In this document: piece by piece, positions 7,859 to 15,980 of the stretch | How positions within the stretch are numbered: position 1 is the stretch's first letter | Layout of the letters: each line of letters starts with the position of its first letter | Source: Lachnospiraceae bacterium | Lineage (GTDB): Bacteria > Bacillota > Clostridia > Lachnospirales > Lachnospiraceae | Length of the DNA: 64,000 nucleotides | Reading direction: 5' to 3' | NCBI GenBank assembly: GCA_015056735.1 | Contig: SVFT01000002.1 | Coordinates: forward strand, 100,432-164,431 | Position numbers and translations under genes: made by a program | The notes under the pieces: model-generated | What the model was told of the DNA's origin: nothing | The model's input: only the letters and a program-made list of their open reading frames with translations | The model's database searches: none

Positions 7859-8761
7859 ATGAAGTGTCCAAATTGTGGGGCGGAAATAGGACCTACTAGC
7901 CAGTTTTGTGCATCATGTGGATCTCAAATATCATATGAAATGAAAAGAGAGCAAGAACAATTAAACAAACAAGGTTGTCCTCATTGCGGAAGTTCAAACA
8001 TCTCTTTTAATCGTGAAAAGCAAGCAGAGTTCCGCGCTAAAAATGGAACGAATGTAATTCGGCGTACTGTTGGATTGTGTAAAGACTGCGGTTATACTTG
8101 GAGCACGAACATGGATGTTCCCGAGAAAAAATCTAAACTCTGGTTGTGGGTATTGGGGTGGATATGCATTTTTCCTGTTCCCTTGACCATTTTATTATTG
8201 CGAAATAAAGATATGAAACCAGCTTTGAAATATGCAATTATAGCAGTTGCATGGATTGTATTCCTTATTATTGGTCTGAGTGGAAAGTCAAAAGATACAA
8301 AACAGCAGGCTGCAAATGAAAAGTCACAAACAGAGGTTGAAACAGTTTCAGAAGAAAAAGAAACAGCCAATGCTGATGCTGAAGAAGTGATGGATGTTGT
8401 GCTGAAAGTCGAACCTAATATAAATGTTGATGACGGAACCGTTCTCTTTGGTATAACGACAAATTTGCCAGAGAATACGGAATTGATGATAACGGTATCC
8501 AATGCTGATGGATATAAAGCACAAGATAAAGTTGTCATCCTTGCAAAGGGCTCTGGGTTCACGTCAGAGTTTTCGGATCATGGTAAGGCACTTAAAGGCG
8601 ATTATGATGTAAGCGTTTCGATGAGCTTACCAGCGTTACAAAAGGATTCTGTGAGAAAAGTTATTGGTGAAGAAGGTGAAAGAATAGGTGGGCAGTATGT
8701 AAAGAAAAGTGAGATCGGTCATTCCAATTATGTATCTGGTGAATTTCATTTTTCATTCTAG
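7859..8761 (+). CDS. double zinc-ribbon, two-TM membrane protein with C-terminal extracytoplasmic domain (function unknown)
   Basis: CPNCGAEI..FCASCG and CPHCGSS...CKDCGYTW zinc-ribbon pairs, then two hydrophobic helices (LWLWVLGWICIFPVPLTILLL, YAIIAVAWIVFLIIGL). ATG 7859 follows AAGGAGG. Confidence 0.65.
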   Translation: MKCPNCGAEIGPTSQFCASCGSQISYEMKREQEQLNKQGCPHCGSSNISFNREKQAEFRAKNGTNVIRRTVGLCKDCGYTWSTNMDVPEKKSKLWLWVLGWICIFPVPLTILLLRNKDMKPALKYAIIAVAWIVFLIIGLSGKSKDTKQQAANEKSQTEVETVSEEKETANADAEEVMDVVLKVEPNINVDDGTVLFGITTNLPENTELMITVSNADGYKAQDKVVILAKGSGFTSEFSDHGKALKGDYDVSVSMSLPALQKDSVRKVIGEEGERIGGQYVKKSEIGHSNYVSGEFHFSF

Positions 8762-8778
8762 AGAATGGTGCGAGTATC

Positions 8779-8968
8779 CGGCGCAGGAGGCTGTTTTGCT
8801 ACTATCCCAGATGCTTGCAGGAGCACTTAATGAATGAGTACTCCTCTACAGGCTTTCGAGGACCTGTTTGAGCGAAGCGAGTTCCGCAGAAAGCCTGTGT
8901 TTAGAGGAGTGCTTATGAATTTAGTGCGGAGAGCCAGCATCAGGATAGTTCAAAACAGCTCCGCGCCC
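8779..8968. repeat. structured palindromic element, copy B (inverted relative to copy A)
   Basis: By eye, close to 90% identical to the reverse complement of 5061-5248. Apex at 8856-8891. Confidence 0.85.
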
Positions 8969-8974
8969 TAATAT

Positions 8975-10657
8975 TTACTTGATCACGATCCGCCCCTGCG
9001 GCTCTTTGTAGCGCTCATCCACCCTGCCGCCGAGCTCTTCTGCGATGTAATCGATTACGGCATTCTCAAGCGGGATGCCCAGATTGTTGCCGCCTTTTTC
9101 GTAAGGGGCTTTGAGAACGGTGTAGGTATCGCCGCCGGTTGCGAGAAAGTCGTTGGTGACAAGGATGTATGTCTTATTCAGATCAAGTGGCACGCCGCCG
9201 ACCTTGACATCCGTAATACGTTTGCCGGGTGCTGCCGGTGCAAAGTAAGTGGAGTTTTCGTATGCGGCACCCTTTTCATAAGGGATGCCGGTGTTGATCG
9301 TAAAGCTGATACCTGCTACCTGCGGGAATGCACCGATCGGTTCGGGGTATACGCTACATGCAACTTCGAGCATTTCAAGCACCTGCGCACCGGTAACGGG
9401 GACCGTACAGAGCGTATTACTGAATGGGAACACGCTGATCAGGTCTTTTCTGGTGACTTCGCCGGGAACAACACTTGCGCGGATGTTCCCGCCGTTACAA
9501 ATCGAGATGTCCGCATGGATGCCCGCTTTTCGGAGCGCATAGAGCTGCGCATCGTTTGTGAGGTCACCGAAGTTTGTTTCCGCCGTGCGGCTGCCGTTTG
9601 CAACGGTTTCGATGACGTTTCCTTTCTTATCAAGGATATCGCCGCCTGCTTTCGTGCCGTTTAGGATAACGGATGACTGCGCGATGACCTGTCTGCTTTT
9701 TTCATCAAGGTAAGCGTTATAGGCATCGCCGAGCGCTGTCAGTTCGGGATCGTATGCACCTTTATAATCGGATGCCGAGATCAGAGAGGCGGTCATCTTA
9801 TTTCCGTCGTATACAACCTTTCCGACATTTGCAAGATTGCAGCCGGTGCTGGTAAGGAGCGTATCACCGACCATGATTCCTCCGGGCATCTCGGTATGGC
9901 TGTGTGCGTCAACGAACAGATTGATGCCGGTCGTATGTGCGAGCAGGTCGGTTGAACGGTTCGGGGCATCCGCCTGATCTATGCCCAGGTGGCCGACACA
10001 GATGATCAGATCACAGCCGTGTGCCTTCAGCGTATCGACCTGCGCCTGCGCACAGTCGTAGAGTTCCTGTTCTGCCAGGATCTTGTAAGGCTCCACATAT
10101 TTCGGCATGGATGTTGTGATCGTTGTCGGCGTGGTCAGACCGAAGATGCCGACTTTGTATCCTTTCGGCGTTTGGGTGATGATGTTCGCCGGGAATACGG
10201 GCTTGCCGGAATCTTTGTAGAATACGTTGGCGGAGAGGACGGGAAAACGGATTGCGCCGAGCAGCTTTTCCATATGCGCCGGTGCGTAATCAAATTCGTG
10301 ATTGCCTACCGTCATCATGGTATAGCCGACTCTGTTGACAAAATCGATGGCGGAGTTCCCTTGCGTGACCGTTGTCATGATCGTTCCCTGGATGATGTCT
10401 CCGGCATTGAGGAGCAGTACGTCTGCGCCTGTATCTTCATAGTATTCTTTGATCGCTTTGACACCGGCACTTCCAAGCGATATACCGCTTTCGGCAATGT
10501 CATGTCCGTGCGAATCATTGGTATGCAGAATGACAAGTTTGCCGGAAAGATTTTCTGCCGGCGCCTTTTGGGCAAAAACCGCAAGCGGCATGGCCAAAGT
10601 GAGCACAACGGTCAATGCCGGGAGCATCGCCAGTGCTTTTATCAATCGTTTCTTCAT
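8975..10657 (-). CDS. secreted bifunctional metallophosphatase / 5'-nucleotidase (UshA/CpdB-like)
   Basis: Signal peptide, then ILHTNDSHGH, GDIIQG and GNHEFD metallophosphoesterase motifs plus a C-terminal 5'-nucleotidase domain. Confidence 0.85.
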   Translation of the reverse strand: MKKRLIKALAMLPALTVVLTLAMPLAVFAQKAPAENLSGKLVILHTNDSHGHDIAESGISLGSAGVKAIKEYYEDTGADVLLLNAGDIIQGTIMTTVTQGNSAIDFVNRVGYTMMTVGNHEFDYAPAHMEKLLGAIRFPVLSANVFYKDSGKPVFPANIITQTPKGYKVGIFGLTTPTTITTSMPKYVEPYKILAEQELYDCAQAQVDTLKAHGCDLIICVGHLGIDQADAPNRSTDLLAHTTGINLFVDAHSHTEMPGGIMVGDTLLTSTGCNLANVGKVVYDGNKMTASLISASDYKGAYDPELTALGDAYNAYLDEKSRQVIAQSSVILNGTKAGGDILDKKGNVIETVANGSRTAETNFGDLTNDAQLYALRKAGIHADISICNGGNIRASVVPGEVTRKDLISVFPFSNTLCTVPVTGAQVLEMLEVACSVYPEPIGAFPQVAGISFTINTGIPYEKGAAYENSTYFAPAAPGKRITDVKVGGVPLDLNKTYILVTNDFLATGGDTYTVLKAPYEKGGNNLGIPLENAVIDYIAEELGGRVDERYKEPQGRIVIK

Positions 10658-10718
10658 AGTGTTTCTCTCTCTTCCCCCTGGTATGTTTATATTGATCGCT
10701 ATAAGCGTATCATACTTG

Positions 10719-11642
10719 CTATCGCTCGATCGACATCGCCATACGGCGATAGGTGTGCCGGATGCCGCGGATCACTGTGGAATATGCGGTGATGTTCTCG
10801 GGCACGGTGATACCCGGATAACCGCTGTCCCCGAGGTGATGGATATCGGTTCCGGTCATCTTGGACATCAGAGCGATGCGCTTGATCGTATCGGTATCGG
10901 CGCCTTCCTGCGATGTGCCGATCGCGGTCAGCGTCAGAACCCCGAGCGAATGCGCGTATGCGACAAGGCCTGTAACAAGCTGTTCGTTGATGCCGGGTAC
11001 GGTTCCGGGAGCGGGCAGCAGGATGATGTCTGCGCCGGCATCTACAAAATGTCGGATATCCTCTTTGGTGATGATCTTTTCGGCTGCTTCGTTTAAGATC
11101 CCTGCAGCGTGCATTTTGCCGGCTGCCAGAATCACCTTGTCACCGAACGCTTCTTTGTAGGATGACAGAGTTGCCGTGATCTCATCATTTCCAACGCCTG
11201 TGCCGGGATTTCCGGTCAGGAGGATGAGGTCTGCGCCCATTTCTGCGGCACGCCTGCCGTTCTCCACGGTCGCCTTGCGGCCCTCACTCATCGCGCTTTC
11301 AGCCCGGAAGCCCGCCCGCACAGGCTCTAAGTTGATCCCGACGGGACGCCCGGTGAGCTTTTTGATGAGCCGGATGGTATCCTTTTTGTCAAAAGAAGGC
11401 CCCATATCAGGCAGGCCGTTCACAACGGGATCCCATACATCAAACATATTGAGCAGGATGAGATCTGCGCCCATCGATGCAGCTAGCTCCGCATTTGTGA
11501 CATCCATCAGAAGCGGCTGGAACACGCCGATCGTTTCTGCCAGGATCGTACGTCCTTCTGCCTTTCTGATCGATTCGAGCAGTTCGTTTTTATTGAAAGA
11601 ATCAAAATCTGATGCATAACAGTCTAAGATTCGTTTTGCCAT
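10719..11642 (-). CDS. conserved TIM-barrel-like protein of unknown function
   Basis: Alternating beta/alpha pattern with GADLILL repeated twice and GADIILLPAPGT. ATG at 11642 follows AGGAGA; the longer ORF start at 11663 lacks an RBS. Confidence 0.45.
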   Translation of the reverse strand: MAKRILDCYASDFDSFNKNELLESIRKAEGRTILAETIGVFQPLLMDVTNAELAASMGADLILLNMFDVWDPVVNGLPDMGPSFDKKDTIRLIKKLTGRPVGINLEPVRAGFRAESAMSEGRKATVENGRRAAEMGADLILLTGNPGTGVGNDEITATLSSYKEAFGDKVILAAGKMHAAGILNEAAEKIITKEDIRHFVDAGADIILLPAPGTVPGINEQLVTGLVAYAHSLGVLTLTAIGTSQEGADTDTIKRIALMSKMTGTDIHHLGDSGYPGITVPENITAYSTVIRGIRHTYRRMAMSIER

Positions 11643-11796
11643 AGTCTGTCTCCTTTCGTTCATTCTCTATTTCCTATTTTACATGTTTTAATGAGAATAT
11701 GTCATGAAACTTTTGCAAAAGCGGGCATCCCGCGTTATAATAATTGATAATTTTGCTTGTAAACCAGAGCCCATTGGTGAATGATAGGAAGATATC

Positions 11797-12867
11797 ATGG
11801 ATCGACTCCGAAAGTGGTGCTACGGCAACCAGCCCGCCACATTTTTTCAAGAGCATAAGACGCTGATCAACGCCTATAACGTGCATATCAATGATATCAT
11901 GCTCAGGCTGATTCCTGTCCTTTCGGCATTATATCTTGTCAACAGCTATCTCCTGATGGGAAAGGGGAATCCCTACATCAGACAGACCTGCTGGTTTTTT
12001 ATCGTTTGCTTTTCCCTGTTATCCCATATCAGAAAGAAGAATCCGTGGCCGTTTCTTCGCCACTCACTGCTTGACAGCCTGATCTGCGGAGAGATCTCAT
12101 TTCTATTCCTTCTGATGGTCGGTCCGATCTCCGATCCGGGGAATATGTCGGTCTATCATCCGGTTTTCTTCTTCATGCTGTTCCTGCTGTATATCATACC
12201 GCTTCATCATCTGGCACTGTACTGCCTTTTGCATTTTATCCTGTACAGTGTGCTGGATATTTATTGTAAAGGCTACACGATCGCTGTCGCGGATCTCACC
12301 AATGTCATGATCTGCGCGATCGGCGGTTTCATGCTTGGCGGTAATGTTTTAAAGAGCCGTCTTTCCGAGATCGCGTCGTATGATCTCTTAAAGCGTCAGA
12401 GCGAGGAAAAACTTGCAAAAGCGAATGCGCTTGCAAGCAAGGATTCGATGACGCATGTCGGCAACAGGCGTGCTTATCAGGAACTGGAAGAAGAACTCAA
12501 CGAGCTGATCGAACAGGGGAGGGCCCCTGCTTTTGCGGTGGTTGTCTGTGATGTGAACGGACTGAAAGCTATGAACGACACGGGCGGTCATAAGAAGGGC
12601 GACCGACTGATCCAGAAATGCTGCGCGGATATCTGCTCTGTCTATGTGCATTCGCCTGTTTTCCGTTACGGAGGCGACGAATTTGTTGTGATCCTCAGAG
12701 ACGGTGATTATGAGAATCGTGAAGTGCATTTCAGACAGCTTCGCAGTTATACGGAATTTTCAAGCGGCATGGCGATCTTTACTGCCTCAGGAGACAAAAC
12801 GGTCGCAGATGTTTTCCAGCGTGCGGACCTTCGCATGTATGCGCATAAGAATGATCGCAGACACTAA
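11797..12867 (+). CDS. membrane-anchored diguanylate cyclase (GGDEF)
   Basis: Multi-TM N-terminus. DSMTHVGNRRAY, VVVCDVNGLKAMND and RYGGDEFVVIL. Confidence 0.85.
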   Translation: MDRLRKWCYGNQPATFFQEHKTLINAYNVHINDIMLRLIPVLSALYLVNSYLLMGKGNPYIRQTCWFFIVCFSLLSHIRKKNPWPFLRHSLLDSLICGEISFLFLLMVGPISDPGNMSVYHPVFFFMLFLLYIIPLHHLALYCLLHFILYSVLDIYCKGYTIAVADLTNVMICAIGGFMLGGNVLKSRLSEIASYDLLKRQSEEKLAKANALASKDSMTHVGNRRAYQELEEELNELIEQGRAPAFAVVVCDVNGLKAMNDTGGHKKGDRLIQKCCADICSVYVHSPVFRYGGDEFVVILRDGDYENREVHFRQLRSYTEFSSGMAIFTASGDKTVADVFQRADLRMYAHKNDRRH

Positions 12868-12878
12868 GGAGCGTACCG

Positions 12879-13652
12879 ATGAATGCTTCCCGGATAAAAT
12901 ATATTGCATACGGCTCCATGCTGTGCGATCACACGGCAGCTTTTTTGCTGGAGCCATATCTGAACGGGACCGGAGCGGTATCTTCCGACGATCCGCTCTA
13001 CAATGTTTTGCGGACACTGGGGAGGCCCGCTCTTTTTTTGTTCGCTTTTTTTGTGGCAGAGGCTATGCGCCATACGGGGAGTCGTGTGCGTTATCTGCTC
13101 CGCCTTTTTCTTCTGGCACTTGTTTCGGAGATCCCGTATGATCTGTGCCGCGCGCGTGTATTTTGGGATCCTTCGCATCAGAATACGATCCTGACACTTT
13201 TTCTGGGCGGCCTTCTGATCGCACTCTGGGACCTTTTGGATCCTTTGAAAAAAGGGTGCCTGCCGCTGTTTTATCTGCTGCGCGCGGTATCGGCAGCCGC
13301 ATTTGGCGTTCTTGCCGTGCTTCTTCGGACGGACTACGGCTTTGCGGGTGTATACCTGATCCTTCTGTTTTACCTTTTATACCTTCGCACAGACCGTTTT
13401 GTTTTGTGGATAGGTACACTTTCCATGCTCCTTTTCTTTCTGGTGCCGTATATTGGGGAAGTGCCGCTTTTTCACGCACCTTTTCCGGAAAAGGGGATGC
13501 TCCTTGCGCTGACGGAGGTTTCGGGGCTTCTGTCCCTCTTCCCGATCGATCGTTATAACGGCAGTAAAGGCAGGATGCCCGGAAAGCTTGCATGCTATCT
13601 TTTCTATCCGCTGCATCTTGTCGCATTCTATGGCCTGACACTTCTGTATTAG
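12879..13652 (+). CDS. TraX family membrane protein
   Basis: IKYIAYGSMLCDHTAAFLL start and a polytopic hydrophobic profile typical of the TraX family. Confidence 0.7.
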   Translation: MNASRIKYIAYGSMLCDHTAAFLLEPYLNGTGAVSSDDPLYNVLRTLGRPALFLFAFFVAEAMRHTGSRVRYLLRLFLLALVSEIPYDLCRARVFWDPSHQNTILTLFLGGLLIALWDLLDPLKKGCLPLFYLLRAVSAAAFGVLAVLLRTDYGFAGVYLILLFYLLYLRTDRFVLWIGTLSMLLFFLVPYIGEVPLFHAPFPEKGMLLALTEVSGLLSLFPIDRYNGSKGRMPGKLACYLFYPLHLVAFYGLTLLY

Positions 13653-13680
13653 ATTATGTTATACTTGAGAAAACGTTTGT

Positions 13681-14493
13681 ATGGGGGTTTTGAAGATGAA
13701 AGAAATGCTTGCCAAAAACATCGATGCGATCAAAAACATCAAAAACGATCCGCTGATCGGTGCAGCTGCACTGTTGCCTCCGGTGATGGTGGTCCTGTCC
13801 GTGATCGGCTTTATCGTATCGCTTGTTCGCTTTTTTCAAAACGGGGCTTACGGCGATCAGGTTGAAGTGATCTCGTCATCCGGTATTTCTGCTGTCGGAA
13901 AAGGATTTGTGACCGGAACGGTCGGGAATCTGTACAGCGGCGTGTTCGGGATCCTCTCGCTCCTCTGTTTTGGAGTCGGACTTTTGTTTATGATGCTGCT
14001 GTCATTTAAGAAAGCGGGCACAGTTCGGCGCTTTGTGCTGATCCTTGACGCGGTCGTCATATTGCTTGTCGGCATCTTCGGCATCTATCTGTCTTCCGTC
14101 CTCGGGAGTGAAGAGGGGATCGCCGGTTCGTTTCTTGCAGGTTCAGACCCCGGCAGGATCAAAAGCATTCTTCTGATCACATCGCTGATCGCGCTGATCT
14201 CCGTGCTCTCCTTTGCTGTCCTGATCGCAACGAGCGAGGCGGGGTGGCTGATCGGGCATCTTCTGATCGCGGGTACATTTTGCTTTGCAGCGCTGCCGGC
14301 AGCGCTCTGGATCATTGAAAACAGCGTATCGATCGTCTTTCTGATCCTGGTGATCGTCGGATTTCTGGTTTTGACCGTAGCGGTCATTAAGCTCATCGGC
14401 GTGCTTGCCGCAAGAAGATCTGCAAAGCGCAGTGCGCAGAAAGCGGCTCCGGAAGCGGAAAGTGAAGAACAGGAGCAGAAACCGGAAGCCTAG
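13681..14493 (+). CDS. hypothetical polytopic membrane protein
   Basis: Six or so hydrophobic helices and a charged C-terminal tail. The start is ambiguous (13681 or 13696). Confidence 0.5.
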   Translation: MGVLKMKEMLAKNIDAIKNIKNDPLIGAAALLPPVMVVLSVIGFIVSLVRFFQNGAYGDQVEVISSSGISAVGKGFVTGTVGNLYSGVFGILSLLCFGVGLLFMMLLSFKKAGTVRRFVLILDAVVILLVGIFGIYLSSVLGSEEGIAGSFLAGSDPGRIKSILLITSLIALISVLSFAVLIATSEAGWLIGHLLIAGTFCFAALPAALWIIENSVSIVFLILVIVGFLVLTVAVIKLIGVLAARRSAKRSAQKAAPEAESEEQEQKPEA

Positions 14494-15980
14494 CGGATCT
14501 TTTTATGCACCTTTGCGAATGCGGAAGGTGTCTGGCCTGTCTGCTTCTTAAAGAGCTGACTGAAATAGAACGGGTTGTTTCCGCAGCCGATTGCTTCGGC
14601 GATCTCGTTCATGGTCATTTCCGGCGCATTGATCAGCATCAGTTTTGCCTTGTCGATCCTGAGCTTGTTCAGATACTGCGAGAACTTCATGCCTGTCTGC
14701 TTTAAAAACTGCTTGCTGACATAATCGACATTCATAAAGAGAATATTTTCGGAGATCCATTTCAGCGAGAGCGAAGAATCGCTGATATGTTCTTCCACAT
14801 AGGAGATCGCTGTCTGAATATAATCCTTGTATTCGGATGCGGTCTTCTTTTTTTCGTCGACGGTCGAGAGCCATGTGATAAAGGCTTCCGTCAGGGTCTC
14901 GATATCACTGTAGAGCTGTGCATGAAAAGCAAGATCGGGATTCAGATCACGATCTGCGTCGATCCTGCGGATCAGAATGGAGATGATACCCTGAAGTGTA
15001 TACAAGCTGTCGCTTCGGTTCAGCATGTGGGACAGTTCAAAGCGTGCATGCTCCTTTTCCGTATCGGAACCTGTCAGGATCTTCTCGGCTGCCAGCATAC
15101 AGGAGTCGATCAGTGAATGCGAACTTTCGATCGGGATCTGCTGACCTTCCCGATAGAAGTAGACGACATCTGTGGCTTTCATGTAGGGAAGGAGCTCACC
15201 GATCAGAAGGTTCAGGTTATCATACCGGCGGAAAATGATATTACGGATCTCACCGAAATAGCGCATCATATAATTTCGCACGGACTTTTCAAAGGTGTCG
15301 GTGGAAAACTCGCCGTTGTCTTCGAAGAAGACCCGGGCGGAAGTATGGGTCGATACGATATGCAGGGGGATCTGGGGATAGGCCTTTACCCAGTCATGGC
15401 GGAGTGCTTTTACAAGGTCGGTCCCTTTTTCTGCGGGAAACGGGAAAAGCTCCACACTGATATACGGCGTTTTCTCCTGCTCAATGGTCGTCTGTTCCGC
15501 CCATCTGTCCTTAAAGATGTTTTCATAGCCGAAGTATTTGGCAACGAGGTGGTTCTGCATCGCGAATTCGGGATTGGAGAATGCGACGTCAAATGCCTCT
15601 TTGGAGGCGCGGACAGACTTTGCCACGGCTGAGACGGCTTCCAGGATCTCCTTTTCGCCGCACGGCTTGATGAGATAGTGCTGCACGCCGTATTTCATGG
15701 CAGTCCTTGCATATTCAAACTCGGCAAAGCCTGTGATAAAGATGAATTCCACTTTGGGATTGATCTGCTTTGCGTGTTTTAACAGATCGATCCCGTCCAT
15801 GACGGGCATCTTGATATCCGACATGACGATGTCGGGATGCTCGTCGATGATGACATCCAGAGCGTCGATCCCGTTACTGCAGGTCGCGATCACTTCGATC
15901 CCGATCGCACTCCAGTCGATCATGGAACGCATGGTTTCACACACCATCGGTTCGTCGTCAACAATGATCAGTTTCAGCAT
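14490..15980 (-). CDS. response regulator with AraC-type HTH output (YesN-like)
   Basis: Receiver motifs MLKLIIVDDEP...IVMSDIKMPVMDG...KP. C-terminal AraC HTH (IAEAIGCGNNPFYFSQLFKKQTGQTPSAF). Confidence 0.9.
   Translation of the reverse strand: MLKLIIVDDEPMVCETMRSMIDWSAIGIEVIATCSNGIDALDVIIDEHPDIVMSDIKMPVMDGIDLLKHAKQINPKVEFIFITGFAEFEYARTAMKYGVQHYLIKPCGEKEILEAVSAVAKSVRASKEAFDVAFSNPEFAMQNHLVAKYFGYENIFKDRWAEQTTIEQEKTPYISVELFPFPAEKGTDLVKALRHDWVKAYPQIPLHIVSTHTSARVFFEDNGEFSTDTFEKSVRNYMMRYFGEIRNIIFRRYDNLNLLIGELLPYMKATDVVYFYREGQQIPIESSHSLIDSCMLAAEKILTGSDTEKEHARFELSHMLNRSDSLYTLQGIISILIRRIDADRDLNPDLAFHAQLYSDIETLTEAFITWLSTVDEKKKTASEYKDYIQTAISYVEEHISDSSLSLKWISENILFMNVDYVSKQFLKQTGMKFSQYLNKLRIDKAKLMLINAPEMTMNEIAEAIGCGNNPFYFSQLFKKQTGQTPSAFAKVHKKIR

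Larger units (their letters stand above)
5061..8968. mobile_element. candidate composite mobile or invertible unit: palindrome A, low-GC six-gene cassette, palindrome B (inverted)
   Basis: B is the reverse complement of A. The outer 52 nt (5061-5112 vs 8917-8968) are identical inverted repeats. Sample lines give 32-37% GC inside versus 57-60% outside. A serine recombinase is encoded inside. The unit sits between the stops of convergent brnQ and the nucleotidase gene. Confidence 0.5.

Noticed and set aside
9989-10792. 267-aa plus-strand ORF. The same applies to similar long shadows at 15697-16485, 1656-2393, 50931-51659, 13063-13641 and 21020-21589.
   Set aside because: Each is antisense to a gene with strong family motifs (5'-nucleotidase, YesMN, MscS-like/DUF2161-like, cytidylate-kinase-like, TraX, MCP). 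None has an RBS or domain signature.
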